From positions 45,313 to 109,312 of the forward strand of contig ADNK01000413.1 of NCBI GenBank assembly GCA_000320545.1: a DNA stretch of 64,000 nt, given 5' to 3'. The DNA is from Bigelowiella natans CCMP2755 (taxonomy: Eukaryota > Protista > Cercozoa). Below are positions 35,201 to 48,939 of the stretch, in pieces (positions within the stretch are counted from its first letter, which is position 1; each line of letters opens with the position of its first letter). The notes under the pieces are model-generated. The model worked only from the letters and a program-made list of their open reading frames with translations, had not been told where the DNA came from and ran no database searches. The position numbers were made by a program, and so were the translations under genes.

Positions 35201-36374
35201 GAGTCATCAGGTAATGCGTGATCTTCGTAATTAAAAGTGGGGGGGATAATGATGCAGCAGCAGCACCTGAGAAGAATCGGGTTCGTGCTCTTTATCTTGG
35301 CATTTGTAATTGTTACTTCCTACGGAGATATTTTATCCAAATACAATTTACCATGTGCACTACGTGTTGGCTTCGTAACATACAAGATTGCAATTGTTCA
35401 TTTCCACCAATGATAATACCATACTCCCTTCTCTTATTTCATGTAAACTTTCTCCGTCCCCCCCCCCTCTTTCTTCGTGGTGCACCGGTTACTACTACTA
35501 CTGCTACTATTACTACTACTACAACAACTCATCATCATTCATACCTTGACACCCACACCATAGCGCTTTCTGAGACACAAGACCAACGGTCCACCACCAC
35601 CACCACCTGCTGGTAACGAGATAACATTCACTATATTTCATCACCAACCACCATATTCAAGAGATGAGGAAGAAGAGGAAGAAGATACAAACTACAATTT
35701 CACGGTTTCTCTTTCCCTAAAGTGAACGAGCACGTAGCACAAGGTCATTATCATCGTCAAAGTCGTCGTCGTCATCAGGAATGGTCTTGAGAAGATGAAG
35801 AAGAGCTGTGGAATATGTCTTACTTTTGTTCCAGTCACTCCTTCTCCCGAGGCGCGCCTGCTGCTGTTGCTGTTGCTGCTGCTGTTGCGATGACAATTTC
35901 TGCTTATTATCCTCCTTCCCCCCACTACTCTTCATCCTCGGTGATGATCTCGTAGCTGCGCGTGTGACTTCACAGAGGTGTGGGATATAACAACATTCCC
36001 CCGATTCCACCTCTCCAAATTGCCGTCTATTTCTACTTCTTTCAGATGTTATTATTCTTCTAGACGCCTCGTCTTCACGCTCGTGTTTTCCTTCTTGTTT
36101 ATCTTTGTCTCCACTCTTCTTGGTGGTAGTGACGGCAGCAGTAGTATGAACGGAAGTGCTGCCTGAAGGCGAGAACAGCCCCCCCCCCTCCTCCAATTTC
36201 TGATGAGGATTACTTCTCCCTCCTTCTCTTCCTTCCTTACTCGTTGGCGGTATTAAGGGTGATGATGGGGATGAAGGCATTGATAGGGGTCGCTGAACCA
36301 GTACCTCAAGCACGGAGCTTCTTAGAACCTGTAGAAAGGAACGGAAGAAGGTGTATGATGGTCCTTTGGTACAA

Positions 36375-36408
<34 letters not shown>

Positions 36409-39097
36409 CATTGTTGCCTTGTGCTGCCTTGCCGTAGGACAAGTTTCGTTCGTATTTTTCCGTGCAAAGGCAGCAGTATTTTGATAAATGTTCTGCTGTC
36501 TACACGCCTAACACGCTTTTAGGACTATCTCACCTCTCTTTTCTTGGGTTTCGGTTGGCGCAACACGTTCTTATGCATAGTACACCCCTAAAACGGACGG
36601 ACGGAAGAACACAGGCACTGAGGTATGATGATGCTGCTTCTTGTGCTGCTGCTGCTGATGATGATGATGGTCATGATGATGGGGATGATAAATGCTCTCG
36701 AAGCGAACAGTAAACCCTAATTACATATACTCGTATCTGGTGTGGAAGAAATTATGTTTTTTTTGTTATTTTGGTGGTAGTGCTGCTGCTGCTGCTGCTG
36801 CTTCTGCTTCTGTTTCAGCAGTTATCAACCGAGGCCCACAAAGCTTGCAACCAAAACCCTCGTTCCTGGGAAATAAAAGAACAATCGAGATTAAGATGAG
36901 ATGGAGAATCGATGGAATGCAAAGCAATTGTCCATGGCAACGTCATCTTAGCACGGCTTTCTGGGTTCCCTCTTCTTCGAGTGGGAACACAACATTGCAA
37001 AGCTACATATATCCACACCTTCATTGTTTTTGCTCCTAAAGTAAGGCTTCCGCCTTCGGGGTCAGTCAGCTCAAAACAAAATGTCTGCGAAATAAGCCTC
37101 GTTTATTGTAAATGCAACAATTTGCCGACCATGCAATGATGATCGACGGGAATCATTGTGATATGACGAGCATTTCGCCATTTTTGCGAACTAATATGAA
37201 TGGTATTTCATCTTTAATGCGATATCAGGTAGAAGAGAGATTGAAGGGAAAGAAAGAAATAGGAATAACTGATTATGTCATGAATCGTTAAACAATCAAT
37301 ACCTTGGCTTCTGGACCTCCGCCGAAACGAACAGCTCTACACAAAGTCTGAGTTTGTGGCAAAATCCTCACTATTTGAATGCATTTCAGATGCTACTGAC
37401 AATGGAAACTTGATAAATAACATATAATGCCTTGCTCCTCTCTCTCTCTCCATCTCATTGTCTATCTCTTTCTCGCTCACCCCCCCCCTTTTTCCAACTA
37501 TTTTCCGAATACGTTTTTTGACCTGGTGAGAAACTTTGAAGGTCTCCCTCGAGTCATTTGCCCGCTCGTCCTATGAATTAGCACATAACAAAAACGAATA
37601 TGTCGGAATGTGATATGTGATCTTCTGTCCATACTTTTGAACGGATAACTCTAAGAGATCCCAAAAAAACGTGTTCATGGAGAGCTCGATGGCTTCGCTC
37701 ATATCACGAAGTTCTTGCGTCTATAGAGTGATTGCATGTTTTGTTGAAAATCTGCTGCGTGTTCCATGTTGTTCTTATTCACCACAAATGATCTCAAGAG
37801 CATCTTGGTCGAATTCCATCTGGGGAGGGGGGAAGGATGCGATCAGCACATAAATAACAACTCCTTCTCAAAAAGTAATTCTAAACTTGATACAAATTGA
37901 TGTCAAGGTGCATCTGACTAGTACAGGCAGCTCTCTTTCCGTCGTTCCCCTCTCCCCTTGGTTAATATTGGGATTGTTCATCTTTTTACCTGTAGTAGTA
38001 GTTGGAAGATCTCCACCGGCCCACACGTAACAACCAACCCTTGATCTCTTCGACGCCCACCACAACCTAAGCAACATGCACGCATAATAATACACCTAAT
38101 CACTTTTTGCTGCGGTCCTAGATACCCTGTCGCTACTTTACCAACCATCTCTACCCTTCTTTCTTTCTTCCATCCTGCTATTATCTCTCATTTCATCGTG
38201 CCGACGACGCTGACAAGAAGGTGTACATTGAAATACCTTGGGGGTGTCACTCCGGAACTTATAGTAGGCCTAAGGAGAGTAGTATAATTGGATGATGATA
38301 CTGCTGCTGCTGTGCATTCGATGATTGTATCGGTATTGGTTCCATTATGTGCGATGATAAGAACGATAACGGTATCGTAACAATCTGCTCATTCTCGCAA
38401 TCCTCACCTTATCTTCATCCCTAAACGTCGTTGCTGATAGACTATTCACGTCAAAGAGCAGGCCCCATTGGAGCATGATACTTCCCAGACGCATAGCCTA
38501 TCATTTATCTTTCGTTGTCAGCATTCAGATTGCACATCCATCCAGGTATCCGCCACATTCATATCAAGGCTATACGGCCTCATTTACATCTACTACGATT
38601 TTAATAAAACCACGAGAATTGCTCACGATTTAATGTTAACGATATAAAATAACCTGCGTTCGGTTGGCGGATATTTGTGTTTTGACAAGCCAAGAAACAA
38701 GCTTCGATCTGATGGGGGGAAAGGGGATAATTACAAGGTATTGGATAAAGGATATGAATATTCTAGCATGATAATGGATCATCATTCGCACCGTAAGCAC
38801 CATCATCATCATCATCATCATCATCATCACTCATCATCATCATGGTCAGGGATATCAGCACACAGGTTAGTACAGAAAAAGTAGGAGTAATAACTACACC
38901 CATCCTCGGAGCGAGAAAGAGGGAGGAGGGGGACGAAGGAGGAAGAGATAGAAAGGTCACAACCCTAAGATGATGTTCATGCTGTCTAGTCCAACAAACT
39001 CTTCCCCAGTCTGCAGTATGCCAGACTCCCTGATGAACGTCATTTTGGGTAATGATTAGGAGAAGACGAGCAGTTTTTCATGTAGCCATCAACACCA

Positions 39098-39128
<31 letters not shown>

Positions 39129-39286
39129 TTCTTCTATACCATCAATAAACAACCTTATGTTTTGTTTCAATCCCTGAAGGGATTCTCTGGTCTCATCAAG
39201 GGGAAGGGATCCGACCTGAGACAGAAAGCAATACAGAATATCAGTTTCATGTTTCATAATAAAATGATAATGGCGCATGGGTGCTC

Positions 39287-39326
<40 letters not shown>

Positions 39327-39447
39327 ATACCTGGCTCATTCGTAGCATTCGGTCTAAATCCTTCAAAGCCTAAAAATGAAAATGAAGCAGTTATGAAAAC
39401 GCTTCTCTCCCAGATGCTTGAATGCCACGTTGTCAAAAACAGCCTTA

Positions 39448-39481
<34 letters not shown>

Positions 39482-39813
39482 TCTTTTTCAATCAACTCAC
39501 AGATCAATTATAATACCAATCAAAAAACTAATGATAATTGGATATTTGGGAAGAAATCACATCGGGGTAAAATGCAATCTAGATCCACTCACTATCGAAA
39601 TAACAGTGGAGTGGACAAGGAAGAAGGCTCTTAGAGATATTCTTTACCACTCTTTTATGACCTCTCTTTTGCGTACTGTCGTGGCAATCCGTCGTCTAAG
39701 TTGCTGCTCAGCTTTTCGAACTTGGCCCAAATGTTTCACCTTATAAAGCCGGAAAATATTTATATTATGATAACGTTAGTGAGGACTACATGTGCGAGCG
39801 TATGTATGTAATA

Positions 39814-39857
<44 letters not shown>

Positions 39858-40500
39858 ATAACATGTTTATAAATCATTTATTTAGAGTGTGTACATTATC
39901 TTGTGTGCGTTTGTGTTTGTGCATCGTGGTGTGTATGTACTGTGCACCATACGCCTAATAAATAAGATCTGCTATGCCATGTAGTGCGCAAGGTAAAAAA
40001 AACTGCATGATGGGCCATCTACATGTACAAAAAATGTTGTTACCTTTTGGAGGATGTAATCTCGCCCTTTCAAGTACTTCGCCGTAATTCTAAGCCAAAT
40101 TGTAATACATCACTAGTTTACGGGTGGGTCAGAGCGTACTGTTATTCTCATCTTCTCCCTCAAAGTTATACCATCATTATTACAGACTACTAACGATTTC
40201 TAGACTTCTAAAAATGATATACGAATGATAGGGAACACTACTTCGTATTCGCATGCTTTGCCAGAGCTTTCAACTGTTCTTGAAGGGACACCACTGATAA
40301 ATAATCAATATGTTGATGATCTAGGTGTAATCCGTTCCAATGTGTGAGAGGTGGGGAAATAGGAGAATCCTGCCATTGATAGCTACCATTGGTGGTATTC
40401 TTGGTCCCATGATGATGTTGTGTCGCCATCACCATCATCATCATCATTATCATCATCATCACCATCACCACCATCGTCATCATTATCAGCCCCATATCTC
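30300..40500. repeat. Microsatellite-dense domain [(TAG)n, (CAT)n, (TAC)n, (GAT)n, (TA)n, (CA)n, (GAG)n]
   Basis: Numerous visible runs, e.g. 31564-31612, 32506-32538, 32878-32919, 38801-38842, 39289-39319, 39451-39480. Confidence 0.9.
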
Positions 40501-41892
40501 CCTGTTCCAATTTTCTTCCAACCCTACTACCTTGGTCATATTTGTGTCGAAGTTCGTGACGGGCGAGCAGAACCTTGTCACGAAACAACATTTTTAATTT
40601 TTCATCATTGGGTGCGAAATTTCATTGCTAGACCTTGTCCAATCGCACTGCGATTACATTTCGGCGCTTCATCTCAGCTACTTGACTGTCGGTTAGCTAG
40701 ATATATAACACATATGTAAACTTCTGTCACACTCTGGTGCACTTTAAATTGAGTAAGATTTTGAGTGTCATCACTTTCGCCTGACGTAGCCATCGTACAC
40801 ATTGGGCAGCGTCATCTAGGTCCTTTCTTATCTTCTTCTCCAGATACGATAACCTTGTATTTTATTAAAGATTAAATGTCCTGTATTGTATGGTTTTTCT
40901 TCCTCGTCAAAGATGTTCACCTGTCAACGTTTTTCTGCATTGTGGCCTTTTCTGCTTCCAAACTAAGGCATAAGCTTGTAATTGCATCTTTTGCTCTGCA
41001 AAGTGCAAATAGAAGTAGAGGGATTTCAATACGAATTCTCAACTTATGAATGTACTGTTATAATCACTTTTGTTTGGTGCTGGACTGCTTGTCTAATCTA
41101 GCCCTCAATCGCTTCTCTTCTCTTCGAAGCCACCATATCTGATACCTACGATTTGTCATGGAAGTCGTCGAGAAACCAAGCACGTTTTCACTTAGGATCA
41201 AAGTAATTGTGCAATAAAAAACTCTCGTTGCTAAGTTACTGTAATTGTACATATTTCATTTCTATACGCTCAAGGTGAATGGATAGGTTTCGCCAGCCTC
41301 ATGCAACTATGATCCAGGGAGACTGAGCAGGGGCCGTCAACCTGCAAAGAGCCCTCTGGTCCTCAGCAGAGACGGTCAGTGTCTTGCCTTTATGCCTAAT
41401 AAAAAATTGCGTAAATATTTTGGAACATCATCTCAAACGTCCTTCTCTTAAAGAACAGCCTTGCTCCACTTCAAGTAAAAAGCACCAACCCCTCAGATTC
41501 AAAACCGCACCCCGGAAAATACAGGAAAATCACAAAACGCAAGGTTCGCCAGAGTGAGAATCTCACCTTAGCATGGTCTTTTCCTCTTGCGTATGAGGTA
41601 GGACGTAAGGGATTTAAGCCAATTTGCAGGTGTGGGGAGGGGGGGAAAGCATGTTGTGTTCTGGTGTCGCCTCTCATCTCCGACAGGCACGGACGTTTTC
41701 TTTCAATTAGTAGGTTGCAGACACGCCAAACCCATCATTTCTCCTGCGATCTGCTGCTGCGACAACGGAACGATTCTCTTTCTCTAACAGAACATTTTCC
41801 AGAGCTCGTCTAAGCCAAAAAGCGCGAAGGATGTCCTGGCGTCACACGTCATGATCCTTTCAAACAAGCATTGGGAGTGTTCGCCACTTGCA

Positions 41893-43000
41893 CGGAGAGC
41901 ACTCTCCGTGAAGATCTGCACACGTGTGTGAAAACTCGACACGTGTCGTGACTCTCAGACAGAATCGATGAAGCGGAGTGGATCTTCTTGTTGCGAATTG
42001 GAAGTGTGGTTCATCATCATTGTTCTCATTGTTCTTCTGACGGTCAGACGATGACGATGGAATCTCTGGTGGGAGGAGTTCGAAAGCACAGGTCCTCATC
42101 CCACGAGGCTTGCGTTCGGGAGCATGAGCTTTGATGTGTTCTCAGCGTGCGGAGGTCTAGAGGTGTCCAGGTGTGGGGAAATCAGATGGACTCTCTTGGC
42201 AAACAAATCGAGATCGAGAAATTGAGGGATGAGAAGAACAAGCTGCTCCAGCTTCTTGCGGACAGAGTGTTTGCGAAGGCGGAGTTCGAAAAAAAAGGCA
42301 GCTGAAACTCAAAAGGAAATCCAGCTAGCTAGCTAGCCAGGCGAAGGAGGCAAAACTGAAGGATGTGAAAGAATGGTTCAAGGAGGCAGCCGGTGATGCA
42401 CTTCACTTTGTCAACGTCTGAGGAACAAATCGGTGTGCTGAGACATTTTTGCGTGTGTGCTCAGCCATGGAAACGGAGGAAAGCGGGGGGGTGAAGTTGA
42501 CAGAAACCCTGCTGGAGGAGACCATGCCCAAAGTCCAGAAAGTTCTCATTGTTGCAAGCAGAAAGAGAGAGGCCGATGCGAAAATCTCCAAATTCCTGCC
42601 CATGGTGCCACTGACATGCTGACAGTGTGCACGATTTGGCGGTGTGTGAACCCCTGCTAGCCTGCTAGCCTGGTTTCACCGAAATTGCGAGGGGTGAGGC
42701 AAAGAGCATGGAGGACAAGGGCATTGAAGACATTCTTGCGCACTTGGTGGAAGGTGTTGCTGTGTTTTGTTTAAGTCGTGAAAGAGTTCCGTCGATCACG
42801 CAAGGAGTGCATCGACCGTGTAGCATTCATTCAATTTTGTGCACTCGCTAGCTCGCGGGATGGAGCGGAATTGCTAGGTTGCGCAGCTTCGCAATTTTGG
42901 CCACTCAAGCATCTAGCAGCGCGAGTGCTAGAGTGGCAGGGAAATGAAATGTGGGGTGTGCTAGCTAGCTAGTGTGCATGGTGTGTGGTCTGCTGCGCGC
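41893..43000 (+). pseudogene. Degenerate paralogue of the Crinkler-locus 5' exons and 3' flank
   Basis: 41893-42491 aligns with 12632-13126, and ~42935-43000 resembles 15270-15320; shows TA->TG/CA changes and a CTAG insertion. Confidence 0.85.
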
Positions 43001-43532
43001 GCGCATGGCAATCGAATCGAACGCCTAGCTAGCTAGCTAGCGTTACAGCTGACAGCAGCTTCCGTGCATGTGTGCTGTCTAGCTGTCACTTGCTAGCTTG
43101 CTGGCTTCCTAGCTCCTGCTAGCCTGCCACATCTAGACATGTCTTTCTAGCTGTGTGTGCATGCCAGCATCTAGCTAGCTAGCTAGGCATGCCTGCCATG
43201 CTGGCATGGTGTTCATCATTTCAATTTGGCACGTTTTGTCATGGAACACTGCGCAGTTCTAGTTCTAGAGTTGTCACGTCATTCACCTTTCGATTCCTGC
43301 ATGCCATGTTGCGTTGTGATCATGCCTAGGTGCCTTTGGTGGGCTCGGATGGCAGCACACTTCGCCTCAATCTCAATGGAACGCATGCGAAAACATCTGA
43401 ACATCGCTTCATTGTGCAATAAAACGTAAAATAGGCATGAAAATAATCAATTTTCTTGCAGCGTGTCCACATCAAGATTTGGCTTTATAAACCAACACCA
43501 GACACAATCTTATATGTTCTAAAAACGGAAAA

Positions 43533-46500
43533 TTAGACATTCTTGTCTTTCTTCCCCACACCGGACGGTGCATGTAAAATGCGACCGACAAACTTGAGCA
43601 CTTCGTCAATAAGAATCACAGGGAGGGACCATGCTAGGACTATCATCCAGTCTTGGAAGTCGAGAGGGGCAATTTGGAAGATCTTTGCAAGGAATGGCAC
43701 GTACAGTATCACAAAATGCATGGCAAAGGAGGATAACATGGCCAACAATAGGTAAGGGTTCTTCCATGGAGGAATGTGGAACAGGCTACCATCTTCAGAG
43801 AGTGCATTCAAAGCGTTGAACATCTCGATAGATACAAGCACGGAAAGCGACATGGTTGAGGCTTTAACCTTCCCCTTCGTGAAGTATGCACACGGATTGT
43901 CCTGGAATGACATTCCTCCGAAATCTTTCACAGTAAAATTCTCAAACGCACCAGAAAGGTCTGAGCTATGACACTCACTCCAATGTGATAACTGATACAA
44001 GGTAACCATGGAGTGGCCATCTGCCGCAGTGTCATACCACGTGTACCAGTGAGCAAATACTCCCACTGTCGCAATTCCTACGTATATCCCAATGACCATG
44101 TAACGGAAGAATACCCATCGAGTAATGAGGTCATCGCCTTTATGACGGGGTGGCTGTCGCATGATGTTAGGGTCAACGGGGTTGAATCCTAGCGCGGTGG
44201 CAGGAGGGCCATCGGTCACGAGATTTACCCACAAAAGCTGTACAGGAATCAAGCCCTCAGGCAGACCCCATGCAGCTGTGAGAAAGATACTCGCTACTTC
44301 GCCAATGTTTGATGAAATCAGGTAGCGGATGAAAGCCTTCATGTTTTGGTAAATTGAACGCCCCTCTTCAACAGCAGACACAATCGTAGCGAAGTTGTCA
44401 TCAGCAAGAACCATATCAGATGCCTCTTTTGCAACCTCTGTACCAGCGATACCCATAGCTACACCAATATCGGCAGCTTTCAGGGCTGGGGCGTCATTCA
44501 CACCATCTCCCGTCATCGCACATATTTCTCCCTCTTTCTTGAGCAATCCTACGATTTGCATTTTATCTGCAGGTGTAGCGCGGGCAAAGACGCGCGATCC
44601 AGAATCGCTGAGAAGTATTCGTGTTTGCTCCTTCTCATCTAGTTTCATAAACTCTGCTCCGGTGAATGATTTTCCTTTTAAGTCCTCGTCCTGGTTAAAC
44701 AATCCGATTTCCTTGCCAATTGCCTCGGCGGTTGGTTTGGTGTCTCCCGTAATCATTATCACGCGCATACCAGCAGCATGACATCGTGCAATCGATTCTT
44801 TAACTTCAGGGCGTGCGGGGTCTTTGATTCCGGCGAGCCCGAGGAACACCATGTCTTGCTCAATATCAACGTATTCCTCGGGGGGTACATTGAGCATTTT
44901 GTGCCCTTCGCTTTCTTTATCTCCTTTCTTCATGTTTTTGAGTGCAGCAGGGATATCAGTCTTGATGGCAAGTGCCAGAACCTAGAATATTCAGGAGAAA
45001 TTATCGAAATAATCGATGAGATGGGGTCCATAATGCGATGCATGAAAGCAGAAAGTCATATGGGGTCAGTGGGATTGACGTACTCGAAGTGGAGTTGCGG
45101 CCATCTTATTGTTAAGCTTGACAAGGCGTTCCCTATCTCCCTTGTTGAGGCGCACCTCAGTTCCATCATTTAGCATCATGCGATTGCAGCGTTTGATCAC
45201 CATCTCCGGAGCTCCTTTTACGAGAAGGACGTTGTGGCTGAACTCGCTATCCTCGAATTTCGCTAACACGCTCATAGATTTACGAGTTCTTTCGAATTCA
45301 AGGGTCGCGACACGCGTCACAGATTTCCCAAAATAATTAGAAGCCGGGAGTAGAGTCTTACGGCCCGAATCAGACATCTTAACATCTTCAGGGATACCTA
45401 CTTTCTCCCCCAGGACAACCAATGCAGCCTCTGTGGGCATGCCGCGTACCAGCTCCATCTTATCATTTTCCATATTGAACTTAACATATTCGTTGCAAAA
45501 CATGCACACTCGCTGGATATTAAGCAATAGCTTATCTGAGGATTTGAACTTTATCCCCTCCACGTTACCATCGAGACCGTAGGAAGCGCCGGTAACCGTT
45601 TTTCTACTGAGATTCTGCTTCGAGTCGTCGGCGTATGCAATCTCAACGCAAGTCATTTCGTTCATCGTGAGAGTCCCTGTTTTGTCAGAGCAAATAATGG
45701 AGGTACATCCCAGAGTCTCGACGGAGTCTAACTTGCGCACAATAGCCTTCTTGGCAGCCATTCTTCTGGTACCAAGGGCCAAGCAAAGTGTAATGACAGC
45801 AGGGAGGCCCTCTGGGATGGCAGCGACACCAAGCGCAACAGCGATTTTGAGGTAATAAATGCACCCTTTCACCCAACCACCATGGGCAGGATCGTTGAAC
45901 TTTCCTACATTCATAATCCAGACGAGGAGGCAAATGGCGCCAATGACCCACGAAAGCTGGGTTCCGAACTCGTCTATCTTCTGCTTGAGGGGACTCGGTT
46001 TTTTTTCTGCCCCAGCCTCTCCTACTTTCTGTCCAATCTTCCCTACTTCGGTCGACATCCCAGTGGCAACGACAATGCCTTTTCCAGTCCCTCCTGCAAC
46101 CACAGTGCCCGAAAACGCCATATTCTTCTGTGCAGCAAGGTCAGGTGTACCTTTCCCTACACAAACGCAAACTCAGAGCAAGTCGCATAGAGAGATATTT
46201 TTGATAAAATCACCTTTCCGCAATGTCTGATCATCCTTAAAAACAGGTTCGGGTTCTCCAGTGAGGGCGGACTCAGTGCAGCGGAGAGTTGCAGTTAACA
46301 ACTCGAAAATTCGAATATCTGCTGGAATTTTCTCTCCGGCTGTAATTTGCACGATATCACCTGGCACAAGTTCTGCAGCAGGTATTTGCTTTAGTTCACC
46401 ATTACGAATCGTATTTGCTTCCTCGGGTTGAAGCTTTTTGAGTGCAGCCAGCGCTTTCTCAGCATTTAGCTCCTGCCACACACCGACCCACGCATTAATA

Positions 46501-46796
46501 ATAAGAATAAGGAAGATGACGAAGGGTTCCACGAAAGCAGTATCGGCCTCATCTCCATCTTCAAAGAACGCCAGTGCGAAGGATATCAGTGCTGATATAA
46601 GCAGAATTTTGACCAAAAGGTCATCAAATTGTTCCAGAATCAGCTCCCATATTGAGGTCTCCTCCTCTGCTTCCAAAGAGTTAAGGCCATATTGCTCCCT
46701 CTTCGCCGAAACTTCTTTGTCTGACAGACCGCTCTTAAGGTCTGTACCAAATTTTGAAACCACTTCGGAAATATCGGAGTGGAAAGCGTTCTCCAT
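43533..46796 (-). CDS. SERCA-type P2A Ca2+-ATPase (3 exons)
   Basis: [49 protein letters not shown]; GT-AG introns 46213-46157 and 45083-44982. Confidence 0.97.
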
Positions 46797-47234
46797 CTTG
46801 GTCCTCACAAAGTTTTTGTGTACGGTATGGGGGGACCGAAGCAATTGCTGACGCAAATCCAAAATGCTTGGATGAGAGGATTTTCCTCCTAAAATAAGAT
46901 ATTGTTCATGTCGCAGTGAGAATAACCAAATTTATAAGGGCGATTTTTGCCATTGTGTCGCATTTAGCCCTTTGGGTGTCATATATTATTATCGAGATCT
47001 TTGTTTCAGCAAGATTTCAGTTTCAAAGTTGACCTATATTCTATATATATTTTCAAAATATACCTATTTTTCCATGCTCCAACGGGATACTAAAGCCTTT
47101 ATTAGTGTTATTGCGGTGTAAAAATATCGGGTCAACTGAGCTTTACCCTCTTAATACATTGACTGCACAAAGGAATCCCGAACTCCCTTCGAATTCTTTT
47201 TCTCGGCCCAGCGTCATCCAGACGACGACCGGCT

Positions 47235-47597
47235 ATGATCTCCTTCATGTCGGGGGCGCCCTCGATTTCCGGTCAGGTAGGCCGGAGCATGCTGAGCATG
47301 GGTCTGCTGTTTTTACTTACTGGCTTCACCCTTTCTGACGGAGGCCTGCTTGCTCTCGGCAATTTATTTCTCGTGGCAGGGTGTTTTCTTACACTCGGCA
47401 TTCAAAGTGCCAAAGCTACCCTTCTCGAGCCTTCGAACCTCAAATTTACTTTATTTCTACTTGTGGGAATTGCAGTAGTGCTTAGCGGAAGACCAAGAAT
47501 CGGTATTCTTCTTGAGCTTATAGGATTATACAACTTTATGAAGTCATTCTTGTATACTCCTGTTGCATTAGTAAAAAGTTATCTTGGATTAGGTTAA
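47235..47597 (+). CDS. GOT1: Got1/Sft2-family Golgi transport protein (5' end uncertain)
   Basis: DGGLLALGNLFLVAG...LTLG...G.AVVL.GRPRIGILLELIG four-TM pattern. Confidence 0.75.
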   Translation: MISFMSGAPSISGQVGRSMLSMGLLFLLTGFTLSDGGLLALGNLFLVAGCFLTLGIQSAKATLLEPSNLKFTLFLLVGIAVVLSGRPRIGILLELIGLYNFMKSFLYTPVALVKSYLGLG

Positions 47598-48939
47598 GTT
47601 GCAGAAAGCAATTACGTCATGTGTACAAGCATTTTTTTTCCTCCCCAGGATGAATTTGTTACGATGGTGATTTCCGCTCGTCACTTTAAATCTAGATAGC
47701 TCGTGAGATCTCAATGAAGCACGATTAGGATTTAACATAATCTCGTGCGAAAATGATGTTCATTTATTATGTGTAACTTAATTTAAATGATTATTGAAGA
47801 AAATGATTACATTGACTCTCCACGATTTGTTGGTCGTGTACAATGAAGTCTTGGGCCAATTGAGACTTTGAGATGATAGTTGTGCACCATTGGGATCACC
47901 GCAGTGCATTCTGTGTCAGCGTTAATGGCTACATGGATTGCATCGTCAAGCGGGTGCACAATGCGATCGGCTGTACATGTACCAATTAGGCTTAGCGGAC
48001 AAAAGTGCGTGTTCGTGTGTTAGTTTGACTTAGATCCTGAGCGCTCCAGCTGTTCTATCTTGTGCTACCTCAGCAGGCCGAGAATGCGAGGCTCAGTACA
48101 CTCGCCTACCTAGCTGCGCGAGCACGCACGCATGCTATAATGCTATACATTAGAGGTCAAACATCATCATGCATGGGCAGGGCCATGGTCCAATTGTGCA
48201 TGCATGGATTGTAATGGGGTGCAGACACTATTTTGCGAACGAAATTTTTTTTTCAGCGCCTATATCTTCTTTGTACCACTCTAGCATTAATTTGAATGTC
48301 TGGATGCGGACTTCTAGACTTAATACATTTCATGCATGCATGCCTGCTCGAATTTTGCGACTATTTGCAATGCAGAAAGCAAGTCCAGCATTGCATGAAC
48401 TAATGTATGGATACAACGTATGCATCGAGCAGAATTACAGCTCAAAGTATGCTGTAACTTTGTGAGAGAGGCACAAGCAATCGTACCACTCTCATATACC
48501 AACCTTCGGCCGCGACATACTAGCTTCTCAGCATAGCTTGACTGCGCTCTGTAGTCGCAGAAAATAGGTGTTGTGAGCATTCTAATTATTCTGTGGTATT
48601 CATCATTCTGCTGCCCTTTTTCTCTCGCAGCAACTTCTTTCGGCTTTCTTGGAAAAAACCATGTCGTACATAACTGAAAAATAAGTTTGTTATTGTTATT
48701 GTGGCGATTTCCACTCATTAGATCGCTTCATTACTCGTCTTCTATGTATTCATGCTCTTTGAAATACGCCGCCCAGAACTCTTTATTTTCCTATCCAGCG
48801 AAAGTTTGGATAAGTAAAATTGAGGATGCTGGTATTCACTCTCTTTGCAACCTGGAGAACTTCTCTTTTTCTTTCTCTTATTTGCATTTGTAGGTAAGGA
48901 TTGCCTAGGATTGTAAAAAGGACAATGTTCATGTCTGCC

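Noticed and set aside
35200-41400. Probable additional minus-strand multi-exon gene(s)
   Set aside because: Exon-like segments are present, but I could not assemble a model or recognise a domain
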